Source: Chrysemys picta bellii (lineage: Eukaryota). From it: 64,000 bases of DNA. The DNA lies in assembly GCF_011386835.1 (NCBI RefSeq), contig NC_088803.1, forward strand, positions 12,090,001 to 12,154,000. Direction: 5' to 3'. Numbering within the stretch: position 1 is the stretch's first letter; each line of letters starts with the position of its first letter. This document shows, one piece after another, positions 44,097 to 55,821 of this stretch. The notes beneath the pieces were generated by a model. That model was not told the origin of the DNA. It made no database searches and worked only from the letters and a program-made list of their open reading frames with translations. Both the position numbers and the translations under genes were made by a program.

Positions 44097-45506
44097 AGAA
44101 ATAGTTACACCTTGTGTAGAAATTGATGTGGCTAGTGTTGTGGAAATTGAATTGTGGAAAACATGTGCAGTATATATTGTAGTAGAGGTGTAAGAAATGC
44201 AAACCTACCAATATAGGTTGTGTTGTCTTGTTCAGATCACTGTAAAGAAGTAAAAGGCAATCAAAAGTCCGGGAAAGTTAATTGTGTCCCTTTTTAAGTA
44301 ATAATCTTTAAGCCGTGGATAGCTTTGGATCTGGAAGCAAGCCAGAAAGCATCTGTATTAATGCAATTTTCTAACTAATAAGGTAGTAGCCACTGAAACC
44401 TGGGCTGCATATGAAACAAATACAAGGAAATATGTGGTGATTTCTCTGTTTTGCCTAAAATCAACAAGAGTATGTGTATGTAAAGGAAATATTTTAAGTA
44501 ATGACTGACTGCCCAGAAGGGGTAGACCTCGGTTTTTTTGTCTTTCAGATCATCAGAGAAAACGGATGCCAGCTGAATAGCATTCGATGTACCATGCATT
44601 TACTGGTACAATAGGAATTATTTTTGTGTTCTTTGTCCTGTCTTGTGATGTTTGTCTTGTGGCCAGAATTGTTGTATTTAATATTTTCATAGGACAGTCT
44701 AGCTCAAATTTAAATAGAAGGGTTAAATCAAAAAGCAGATACTTGTTTTATTCATCTTGGAATACAAAGTGTTTGGATAAATCAGGAAAATGTGATATAC
44801 TAAAGTCTGATATATTTGCTTAAGTAAGAAAAAGAAACTTCATTGGCCAGATTTTTAATTGCAAAATTGTTGTTAAAATTTGCATACCAACAGTCTTTGG
44901 AAACAAGGACATGGAAGGTTAACCCACTCCCCATATTGCCCATGGGATCCTTCTGGCTACCTCAGATTTCTAGCCAGAGGGCTGGGGAGGGAGGAAAGCG
45001 ATTAGACACCTGAGGTTGTACCGAGTGAACTCCTCAAAAGTGGGTGTGCTTGTCCCGGTTTGTTGCTCCAAAGCTCTGTAATAAAGTTATTTTACTGGAA
45101 GAGTGTACACGGCATACATTGAATAATAAGACTAATGTACTGTATAATGGCAATGTGTATGCGTTCATTGTTGGAAAAAAGTGTATAAGTGAAGAGTGAA
45201 AGTTTCCTTTGTAGGTTAAAAGAAGCCGAGAAAGGGAGAAGAGGAAAAAGCACGGAATGAGTTAACTGAGGGAAAAATAGCTAGCAAGCTCAGTCCAAAG
45301 ATAAGACCTGGCTGACAGCCACGAAAAAGGGGGGCCTAAATGTGCCCAAACAACTGAGATTTGTAAAACAATGCCAGGCACTAATGAAATGTGTTAGGTT
45401 TTTTTCTCACAGATAAAAGAAGTGCTACCCAAAGACCCTAGCAGCCCTGCCGTTTATTGAAACAAGGAAACGGAGTCTATGTAAAGTCCATCAACGAAAG
45501 ACTGCT

Positions 45507-45710
45507 TTGGCTCCACACTGGAAAGGCCCTTTCCAAGTCCTGTTAACCACCAACACTGCTGTGAAGTGCCAAGGACTGCCCACCTGGACCCATGCTTCTC
45601 ACTGCAAAAAGACCCCTCCACCTGGAGAGGATTCTCCAGCTGCTAATCAGCCTATTTCGTCTTCTAGCTCTGCTGTGCCTCCTGGACAGCAGGGAAAGAG
45701 AACAAGGTGA
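45507..45710 (+). pseudogene. ERV1-type integrase C-terminal (GPY/F) fragment
   Basis: [32 protein letters not shown]. Confidence 0.88.
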
Positions 45711-45978
45711 AGTGCTAGTAACCTCTCCCTTGTCCACTGACAGACCTACTGTTGCTTTGAATTTTTCTAGAAGAAGCAAAACCATTACAGGGTGATGTGC
45801 TAGTAACCTCTCCCCTACATGATGCTAAACCACACTGTTTCAGGAAAAGAGAAGAAGGAACACTTGCTTCCTTGAAACCACAAAGTCCAGGAATTCCTGA
45901 CTACAAGAGACATTAAGAACTGACCCTGGTAAAGAAACAAAGAATTATAACCTGGAAAAAAAGAAACTTGTGGGACCC

Positions 45979-47261
45979 ATGCTTGGGAACGTGGTATTGA
46001 TTAGATTTTAAGGTTTATTTTACAGGCTGCGCCCTGTGTTTTGGATAAGTCCTTCAGCATGTATTGCCCTCCCTAATTGGATTTTAAATGATAAGTACCA
46101 AAGGCACCTTGTTGCCATTGCCCCTGCCATCTCCTCTATTACACTATTACCCCTGTAACACATCCAAATACAGACAATGACCCAGAAGTTGCTGACAGAG
46201 ATGGTATTGAATATCACTGAGGCTGGGAAGGCATTGCAGTGGGATCTAGCATGTTCAGGCTTGGCCCACTGCCCTTACAGACACATCAGGAGTACCATCT
46301 GATCTGTGGCATGAAGACATACTCGGAGACTTTCTGGGTGGAAGTGCAGACGTTCTCAGTGCTCCTTCCAAGCATATGGACCGGTTGAGGGGGTGTGGGC
46401 TCCCACATACCGAATCCTGCTGGGTCCATAGGGAGGATGCATGTGGGATTGGGTAATTCACCAAGACATCTGGGAAATTAGACTACCTGGTATGCCCAAT
46501 TGATTTTAGTAAGTGCTCCGGAGATTACATCTGACATTTGGATGGGGTTAGGGAGTCAATGGACATTTTGGCCGTTAGAACCCCCACAGCTTCAGTGTAT
46601 ATGTAAACTGAAGCCAGGAGAAGTTGTCACTGTTTATGACTACGTTTGCTGGGAGGGTAGGGGACAAGGAACTACCCTGACAGGACACTTACTCTTTTAA
46701 GCTAATGATAGCTGTGTGTATGTTAATGCCACCACATTGCAAGACATACATTTTAATCTCACTACCACTGCAGGCAACCATATCATTTACTGGCCTGCAG
46801 ATAGAGTTTTTCAAGTAGCCCTTAGGTTCCAGATACTTTTTAATTGGACTAGTTTAGTATCTGATAGATTTCAGAATTTGTTTTCACTGTTACCAGAGAT
46901 TCAGACAATCTCTGAAGTACAAGGGCAAATTCACATGCTTTATAATATATATTAAGTTGAAAAGTATGCTTTTCAGACAGCTTATAGAGTATCCATTTTA
47001 TGTACTAAGTAGGATGTATTGTGCTTTATGATTAAGATTGTACAACAGCCCCATTATATTATTGTTATGGGAATGTTATTGCTTGTGTTGCTATTAGTTA
47101 GCTTAGGATTATGTTATCATTGTTGTAAAAGACGTAATAATAGTAATACCTTTCATGTTTATGCTAATCATGCATTGTCATTACATCCAATCAGAACCCC
47201 TAAGATTGAAGCATCTGATGTAGAATTTGAAGTCCAGGACTTAATGCAAATAGAGATTTAA
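45979..47261 (+). pseudogene. Decayed env with a long TM subunit
   Basis: KYQR|HLVAIAPAISSITLL cleavage/fusion-peptide-like site at 46093-46149, heptad-like TQKLLTEMVLNITEAGKALQWDLAC, Cys-rich middle, membrane anchor IIVMGMLLLVLLLVSLGL. Several stops and frameshifts. Confidence 0.65.
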
Positions 47262-47283
47262 GAATGTTTGTTGTACTAGAAGT

Positions 47284-47666
47284 AAAAAAAAAAAAAAAAA
47301 AGGGGGGGGGGAGGAGTCGTGGAAGCAGAGAAAGAACTGTCAGAAAAGAACTGCTATGCATGACAGTTTGTTAGTAAGAGTCAGGCTAACTGTAACCCTG
47401 ATAACGCGAGATTTGTAGAAGCGAGGATTGTGTGAGGCGGGTGAGAAAGTACTGTGTGAGAAGTTATTGTGACCTTGTGTAGATAAGGTCTAGAAAATAT
47501 TGTATGTTGGCAAGAGTCAAAACAAGTAAGGAATTAAGATATCAAGATGGCCTATGTATAACAAAATGCAGCTGTCCCTCATTATTTCTGTAATGAAAAG
47601 TATAAATGCAAGGTCTGTTAAGTACCTGCCTTGTTCCTGTTTGCAAACCACTCAATTTGCAATAAT
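47284..47666 (+). mobile_element. Internal PPT (A18G10) followed by a U3-like segment of a different LTR type
   Basis: Polypurine run at 47284-47311, TATAAA at 47601-47606, AATAAT (broken polyA-like signal) at 47661-47666. Confidence 0.6.
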
Positions 47667-47915
47667 AGAGTATTGATTAGGTATAGCTTTATACCCCCTT
47701 TGTAGCAAATTATGCCAATAATACTTGTGCCAAAGTAGTTAATTGTTTTATTTACAAACCCCGTGGGGGTGTTTGGCAATTGGTCAAGCCTTATGGGATT
47801 GGCGTTTTGCTTTGCTGTTTTGCTTAGTGTATACCCAATCTAGTGGCATTGTGTATGCTACCCTGCGAGAGTGTTTTGTTTAAACACCGCATTTATAAAA
47901 TAAAACAGGGGGGGA

Positions 47916-48262
47916 TGTAGGGATGCATAGCTCCCGAATCGCCAGTCCACAGGCGCAGCAAACTGCTCCCATGGCTACGAGGCAGGAGTGACCTTCAATC
48001 CAGCGTTTGTGTTTGGGAAACTTATTTGGCTGATTTGATTGTACCCTCGCAGCTGGTGTTCACGCGCTCAAGAGATGGGTTCGTTATCTTATGTGCATGT
48101 ATACTGCCTGGCTTTTCTATGCGCAAGATTTGTACCAATGAGAAGCGTTGTAAGCAGGGAAGTGTAAAGAATAAAAGCCCCAGGAAAAGTTCCTGGAGGT
48201 AGAGGGGCTTTTCGGCTACCACAGACCTGGTGTTCTGTTTCCTTTCCTGCGTTGTCACCACA
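47916..48262 (+). repeat. 3' LTR, 347 bp
   Basis: Preceded by PPT AAAATAAAACAGGGGGGGA. Identical to the 5' LTR by inspection. Confidence 0.97.
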
Positions 48263-49554
48263 TAAAATACATACAAAACCATAAAAGGGGAAATAAAATA
48301 AAATGAAACTTAAAATATATAAACAACAATAAAATCAAAAAGGAAATACACGTAAAATATATTAAAAAGGTAAAAATATAACTATTAAGAAAAGACACAC
48401 ACACAAAAAGAAAGAAAAAAGAAGTACAATTGCAAAACTGAGGGCGAGAGTCCATGGGGTTTGTGCTCCTATATCACAGGTGAGGAGCTCTGGTGTGTGC
48501 CCCCGTGTCCCCCTCTCTGCCCCCATGTGGACAGGGCTAGACAGCAGTCTTACTCTGGCCATATGGCCACCCCAGCTTGGGAGTGAGGGGCGGCGCCCTC
48601 CCGGGCTTCCGGATCCACAGACAAAGCCCGGGGGGAACCACTCACATTTATACTTGCTGGACACAAGTGTTGTACAGGAGGCTAGGCAACCCCCCTGTTA
48701 TACACTGAGCAATGAGGGCTCCCTCCGTGTGGGGCAGAGGCGAGACCCTGCGCTCCAGGGCCAAAGTAGCTGGTGGACAGACCCCGCTGGAGCGGGGAAT
48801 GTCGGCAGGCGCCAGTCTGCCTTGGATGGAGTCATCTCCACTTGAGTAAGCAAGACTCCCCACAACCACCAGGCACCTCTTCTGTCAGTGGTTGGTGACC
48901 CTGACTCCTGGAGAGACCCCCGGGAGAGTGAGAGAGAGAGAGATGGGGTGTCCCTCAGCTGGGCTCCCTGGGGTGAGATTCAGCCCAGCCGCCATGGGGT
49001 ACACAAGGTACTAGGTGGAGAGGGGAAGGAGAGAGAGAGCCAGGCTGGACACCTCCGGGCTCTGCTCCCCTCTCTGCACCAGCCTGAGTGGGGGGCCTCA
49101 GGGGTTTTCCCAGCATGTACCCAGCTCACCCAACCTTGTGACATGGGGTCTGGGCCAAGCCTTCGGAATGAGGGGAGAGAAAAGGGCAATGCTGCCTCTG
49201 CCCGGGCTGTGCAGGGAATCACCCCGCCCGCCTGGAACTGGCCTCTGGGGACTCGGCTGGGATTGTAGCTCACTGAGACTTCCAGAGCCTGGCCCCATTG
49301 TGGTCACACCATGAAGGAGAACAGAAACACCTGCCTTTAAAATTCAACTGTATCTAGGGTGACCCCACCTGTATTTCAAGTTCCCTAATAGAGGACACTG
49401 TTGTGGTGGGTGAGCTCGAGGAGGTATTTCGGGGTGCTGGAGGGGTGTGTGTGTACTGGGAGATGGTATTTGGGAGGTGCTGGACAGAGTATTTGGGGTG
49501 TGTCAGAGCAGGGGCACCTCTCAGGACTGGGGGACCTCACGCAGGCATGCCACC

Positions 49555-49735
49555 GAAGGCAGCCTGACTGCCGCCCTCAGGGCGACCAGCAGGCCGCACC
49601 CCATGGCTTGCCGCCCCAGGCAGGCGCTTGCTGCGCTGGTGCCTGGAGCCGCCCCTGCACTTAGGGATCTGGGGCAAAAATCTGTCTAGGGATTGGTCTT
49701 GCTTTCAGCAGGAGTTTAAACTAGATGGCCTCAGG
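49555..49735 (+). mobile_element. GC-rich hAT-type MITE end followed by a SINE 3' fragment
   Basis: ...ctggagccgcccctg terminus, then ttagggatctggggcaaaaatctg as in the SINE at 37721-37894. Confidence 0.5.
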
Positions 49736-50774
49736 CTTGAGTCTTTGAACTAAAATCATTGTGTGGGTGTCTTTGACCACAACAGTAGTAATAAATAGTT
49801 AGATTTCACAAAGAGACAGATAAACAGCAGGGACTGCCAAGGATCTGTATGCCTGCCAATGTATTAATTAATGATCTGGAAAAGTGAGTGAATAGTAAAG
49901 TGGCAGAGTTTGCAGATGATAAAAAATTATAGCAGATAGCTATTTCCAAAGCTGACTGTAAAAAATTACAGGGAGATCTCACAAAATTGGGGACTGGGTA
50001 ACTGGGTAACAAAACGGCAGATGAAATTCAGTATTGTTAAGTGTAAAGTAATGCATAGTGGGAAAAATAGTCCAAAGTATGCACACATAATGATGGGTTC
50101 TAAATTAGCTGTTACTCCTAAGGAAAGAGATATGGGAGTCATCGAGGATAGTGGGGAAAAGTGAATAGAGAAGTGTATCTACCCTTTCCCACAATACGAA
50201 AAACAGAGGTCACCTGATGAAATTCATAGACAGCAGGTTTAATACAACAAGAGGAAATATTTTTTTTTACACAATGCAAAATTAATCTGTGGAACTCATT
50301 TCCCTGGGATAGTGTACTGGTCAAAAGTACACCTGTGTTCAAAATAAAGGTTAATGAGGTTGACAGATTTGTATCTATATAATATAGCACTTCAACTGTG
50401 TTCTATTGTAAGGCCGTTCCACTCCAGTAGCTTTGTATACACACCGGCCTGGTTTGAGATTGAAAAATCTTAGCTATGTCATTTGGTTCCCTCTCTTCTA
50501 TTATAAATCTTAAGAGATACTGACTCCCTTAAGGGAACTTTAATTTTTTCCTTTTGCAAATTTGTGTATTTTGAGGATGCTGGAGGTTGCTATTACCAAG
50601 CAGTAATTATTTTAGTGACCAAAAGAGTTATTTTGAGAAAATAGAAATATGCGAGTTCTCCCTCCTACACAGACTGCCTTAGTGAGCTTTCTATGATGGC
50701 ATTAATGGAAAAAATGACTCTGTCTTATAGTAACACTTGGAAAACATATGAAGATATCTGGTCACACATGAAAC

Positions 50775-51529
50775 TGTGAGGAAAAGGAACTGGGTAGCCT
50801 TCTTTATAACAGCCAAGATGGTGACGAAGGCCCAAATTCAGAGCCTCTAACAGAAGCTCAATACACGGACTGCCCTTATAGAAAGCAATACAGGCCAGAT
50901 CCTAAACAAAACTAAGATACACGATTCCCTGCCAAGTTCAGTCAAGGGTTATGATCAGAGGAGAGAGGGGAAGGGAACAATGCAAAAGGCCTCAGCAACA
51001 TAATAACCGCCTTAGCAACATTATAACCGCTTGTTTATGAAATATAATAACCGCTCATATGAAGAAACCGCTTCTAGTAAAGTCCAACCTCTCCTATAAG
51101 TTCCAGTTAGCTGCCAAACCAGCCAATCATATCTCTTCTTTGGGCGTCCTGTAATAAACCCCTATGTCCTTAACCGTAAAACCCCGGAAAAATAATATAT
51201 ACTTTGACGAGAAAAGCATTGCAACCGGTGCCAAGTACCACCCATGTCGGAAACCACCAGGAAACCCCTCACCCAATAGACACCCAATTCTCGTAAATTA
51301 ATAGGGAAGTTACCAGGAAAAAGGACAGACCCCAACTCTTATATTCACATAAATGACATATTGTTTGTACTATGCTTGCGGTTTGACATAATAAAGCAGC
51401 CTACGAGCTGCTGCTAGGTGTGACAGTTCTCGGACTGATCACCCCAACGTTGGTTTGTATTGCAATAAACTAGCCTCAGACTTGCATCTGTGAACTAAAA
51501 TCAATGCGTGGGTGACTTTTTCCACGACA
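50775..51529 (+). mobile_element. Solo LTR (755 bp), ERV1-like
   Basis: TG...CA termini, 4-bp TSD AAAC (50771-50774, 51530-51533), AATAAA near 51464. Absent from the paralogous site near 3758. Confidence 0.9.
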
Positions 51530-52124
51530 AAACTATTGCATACTTTTGCAGTTTAGTATTTATTAGTCTTCAATACTCAGAGGATATGTTCTCACATGTT
51601 TGCCTATTTAGTCACTTTAATAGTTGATGTCCTGGATGACCTCTGCGGGTTCAGGGTTTTTATTTGTTTACTTGCTTGGTTCCAGGTTTACAAAATAATG
51701 AGCCTTGAATTTGGTTATTTATATGCTAGGTCCATCTCGGACATGTATTTATAGATGTTTTGTTTTGTTATGTGTTCATATTTAATGTCAAAACAATAAA
51801 ATTAAGGTTTAAAGAAGGCTCACTCATTCACACTATGGCTTCCCACTATCCCCATTCTTCCTATTTCTCATTCCAATGGGAGAACCACTGGCTACTAGGG
51901 TTAGAGAGACTGAGATAACATAGGGAATAACAACCAATGCAGCTGTGTCAATTTACACATGCTGAGGATCTGCCTAATTTACCTAAATAAATACAACTGA
52001 ATAGGAGGCGCAAATGTAAAAAGTGCTGAGTATCTTCTTGCTATAACTGTGGAGGTCTGACAAGGACTTGGGTCCTTTCAGACCAGAACTGATTTATTGC
52101 CATATCAGTCACCCTCTCTAAATC

Positions 52125-52210
52125 AAGAAGAACAGGAGTACTTGTGGCACCTTAGAGACTAACAAATTTATTAGAGCATATTAGAGCATTTATTAGAGCT
52201 ACTCTGAAAA
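52125..52210 (-). mobile_element. 86-bp Penelope-like terminal fragment inserted at the OR stop codon
   Basis: aacaggagtacttgtggcaccttagagactaacaaatttattagagcat flanked by the 11-bp duplication CTCTCTAAATC (52114-52124, 52211-52221). Absent from the paralog at about 4365. Confidence 0.8.
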
Positions 52211-52214
52211 CTCT

Positions 52215-53156
52215 CTAAATCCTACATTTCTGGAGACCTCTCCTCAGCGCCTCCTTGACCTCTTTGTTTCTCAGGCTGTAGATGAGGGGATTGATCAGGG
52301 GTGTAAAGACTGTGTAAAGGACCGAAAACACTTTGTTTGGGGCTCTGAGTGCACCGGAGTTTGGTAATATGTAGACAGAAATTAGGGTCGCATAGAAAAT
52401 TGTAACCACAATAAGGTGGGAGGAGCAGGTAGAAAATGCCTTTTGCCTCCCAGTGGTAGAAGGGATTCTCAGGATGGTGGAGATGATATAAACATAAGAT
52501 GTCAGGGTCAAAAGAAATGGAGGGACAGTGTCTATGGAGGCGAATATGAGCGTCACCAGGGTAACCAGACTGGTGTTACTGCAGGAGAGTTTAATGACTG
52601 GGGTGAGATCACAAAAAAAATGATCAATTTCATTAGGGCCACAGAATGCTAATTGTGAAACCAAATATATTAATATGGTAATAAGTATGAATGAACTTAT
52701 CCAAGATCCAGCTGCTAGCTGGATACAGAACCTGCCATTCATACGGGTGACATAGTGCAGCGGTTTACATATTGCTAAGTAGCGATCAAAAGACATTACA
52801 GCTAGCAGATAACACTCAGTGGTCAGTAGCAGAGCAAAGCAGTAAAACTGTATGATGCATTGGCTGACAGAAATGGTCCTGTTTCCAGTCAGGAGACTGG
52901 CCAGCACCCTGGGCAGGATGGTGGAGGTGTAGCAGATTTCCAAGCAGGACAAGTTTCCCAAGAAGAAGTACATGGGGGTGTGAAGGTGCTGATCAGCCAC
53001 AACTAGTGCAGCAATGAGCATGTTCGCAGCCATGGTGACTATGTAGATCACTAGAAAGAGCAGGAAGAAAAGAATGCGCAGTTCAGGGAGGTTCCCAAAT
53101 CCCAGCAGGATGAATTCGGTGATAGACGTTTGATTTTCCCTTTCTCCTTTCTCCAT
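52215..53156 (-). CDS. Olfactory receptor, class II, intact (313 aa from MEKGERENQTS), subfamily 'a'
   Basis: All OR motifs present. I count 25 amino-acid differences from the OR at 4368-5309. Acceptor AG at 53204-53203. Confidence 0.95.
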   Translation of the reverse strand: MEKGERENQTSITEFILLGFGNLPELRILFFLLFLVIYIVTMAANMLIAALVVADQHLHTPMYFFLGNLSCLEICYTSTILPRVLASLLTGNRTISVSQCIIQFYCFALLLTTECYLLAVMSFDRYLAICKPLHYVTRMNGRFCIQLAAGSWISSFILITILIYLVSQLAFCGPNEIDHFFCDLTPVIKLSCSNTSLVTLVTLIFASIDTVPPFLLTLTSYVYIISTILRIPSTTGRQKAFSTCSSHLIVVTIFYATLISVYILPNSGALRAPNKVFSVLYTVFTPLINPLIYSLRNKEVKEALRRGLQKCRI

Positions 53157-55544
53157 GAGATGTACGTCGGTTTCCTCTTTCTCCTCTCTCCATGTGACAT
53201 ATCTAGTGATAGAGAAAAAGTAATAATTAGTTAGGGCGGATGCTGTACATTGAAGCTGGGTGGATTTCCCTCCATTTGATTCCATAATAATTCACACCAC
53301 TGAGATCATTGTTTATATTGTTTCACAATTAAAAAAAAACAAAAACAAAAAACCTGTGCCACAGTCAAGTTTTGCTCAGAATTTTGGAACAGAGAAATCC
53401 CCCCATCTGCCTCTTCAATAAAGCAACAACATAGTTAACTGATCACTTTCTGCTCCTGCCCACAGGTTTTTGGTTTTTTCATGTACGGATTAATAGATTT
53501 TAAGGCCCAAAAGAGCTATTAGATCCTGTATAACACACACCATGGTTCCCCCAGTTTCCCCCACATTGAACTCAATAATCAGTATTTGGCTAACAGAGAT
53601 TTTCTAGAAAAGCATCCAGGACCAAATCTTTAAGGCTATTTAGCCACTTAATAGGAATTTAAAAGAATCTAGACTCCCAAGAATTAGCAGCTTCAATGGG
53701 TGTTTGCCATCTCGATGCCTTTAAAAATCTGACCCTCCATCTTGATTTGAAGGCATCAAGAGACAGGGAATCGACCACTGATCTTGGCAGTTTGTCCCAC
53801 AGGTTAATCACCCTCACTTTTAAAAACATGTGTTTATTTATCATTTAATTTGGTCTGACTTTAACTTCCAGCCACTGTTTTTTGTCCTTCCTTTGTCCAC
53901 TAGTTTCAAGAGCCCTTTAGTACCTGCTCCTTTCTCTCTATTCACTGTAATCAAGTCAGCTCTCAGTCTTGTTTTTGATAAGCTAAAGAGTTGGGCTCTT
54001 TGAACTGTTTTTCACTTTGAAGCATTTTCTCCAGCCCAGCATCATTTTTGTGTCTCTTTGAGTTACAATCATCTGTGATCTTGCAACATTCTTCTTAAAA
54101 TGCGAACCCCAGAACTGGATGCAGTATTCCATTGCCTGTCTCACCAGTGCTGTATAGAGAGGTGATTACACTTTCCTGCTCGTTCTTCCTCTGTTTATCC
54201 ATCCAAGGATCAAATCCACTCTCTTAGCCATGGCATCGTAGGGGGAGCTTATTCTGAGTTGCTCCTCCACCTGTGACTCCTAAATTTATTTGATGGGGGA
54301 TAGGGTCATACGGACAGACACTCTAGGACATGAATGTGATTGTATCCAGCTAGTGCCAAAAATGAGGGCGGGATACTGATCAGCAGCACAGAAGACAAGA
54401 GACTATATAGAGGTTCCTGCCCAATGCACAAAGGAGACCTCCCAATCAGGCAGACATGCAGATTCCTCTCACTCTTATTGCCTTAGTGAACCATCAAGGA
54501 ACACTAAACCCTCTTATTATTGGTCATGAATTGTGAACTATTAGTTATTGATCGATCAACTATAAAATGAGCTGTAAAAACATACAACCAACTATTAGCT
54601 CTCAGCAGTTGCTTGACTGTCATGAGTCTGTAGGGATGGAACTGCAGACCAGCTCTGTGTAGCAAAAAGAGCTGCAGTAAATTAGTACACCGGGCCACTC
54701 TCTCTGTTCAGTAATTTCAGGAGCTCTAAAGGGATATAGCGGGGGGAAGAAAGGAAAGTGTACCCTTGTAAGGTTCTTAGATAACCCCATTACAGAAGCA
54801 CGCCTCATAATACCTCTTGAGGTACAGCAATGCTGTTATCCACATTTTATGGATGGAGAGCTGAGGCAGAGAGCAAAAGAGCCAGATTTTTAAAGATATT
54901 TTGTGCCTAGTTCAATTTTCAAAAGCAGTTAGTGCCTAGCTCCCAACTCACTAAGCACCTAAATACCTTTAAAAATCAAGCCCAGAGTGACTTGGTCAGT
55001 ACTACACATTGATGATCTGGCAGAGCAGAAAAGACAAGTCAGGTCTCCCAAACATCACCATAGTGCCCCAACCATTGGACTATCCTTGCTCTTGAGTGCA
55101 AGGTTGGAGCAGCAAATGACAGGCAAAGTTTGTTATGCAGGTGTCGCTGCTTCCCAAGCTGTCAGGAATGCCAAGCCCCATTCAGTTCATTTCTAATGTG
55201 GACCCCTTTCGTGTGTGGTGCTCAGCACCTCACAAGAAATGATGAGGGGTTCAACTCCCATTGTAATCCATGGAGAAGATTCTCAACAGGAGACATGTAG
55301 CATCTCCCAGGACTGGGCAGGGAAAGTGAACCTTAAGAAAATGATGCCCTGCCAGGCAGAAAGAGAGAGAGACAGACAGAAAGAAAGGAAAAGAAGGATA
55401 TATAGATAGAGGGATGTGTAAGGATAAGGGTTGGTAGAGCGAGGTTACAGAGACAGATACTTATTTAATGGTTAGATAGATCTGTAAAGAACTCAACAGA
55501 GAGATGAACCCATAAATAAGTAGATAGATAGAGGGATGAGTAAT

Positions 55545-55633
<89 letters not shown>
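55545..55633. repeat. (GATA)n microsatellite, about 22 units
   Basis: Perfect run, paralog of 7671-7740. Confidence 0.98.
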
Positions 55634-55635
<2 letters not shown>

Positions 55636-55821
55636 GGGGCTTAACACATAGATCTTCTTTGTGATTCATCCATTTCTCTAGCAGTATCATGATGAGATAG
55701 AAGCTTAAGTCCTTATTCAGCCAAAGCTGTCAGGAAGTGAGGACCCTGTCTAATAGGAGTGTTCTTCTAAGTGAGGTAAAGTCTGAGGAAGAGTGTGAGG
55801 GTTTGCCCTGAGGCTGGTAAC

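Larger units (their letters stand above)
43018..48262 (+). mobile_element. Recent chimeric, non-autonomous endogenous retrovirus (class II-like shell, ERV1-like cargo)
   Basis: Two LTRs identical by eye, 6-bp TSD TAAAAT (43012-43017, 48263-48268), Trp PBS, terminal PPT at 47897-47915, and a second PBS and PPT inside. Confidence 0.92.

Noticed and set aside
52860-53110. Possible gene conversion making TM1-ECL1 of this OR resemble subfamily b
   Set aside because: At nucleotide level the segment still follows the 4368 paralog at most silent positions. The pattern is better explained by derived changes in the 4368 copy.
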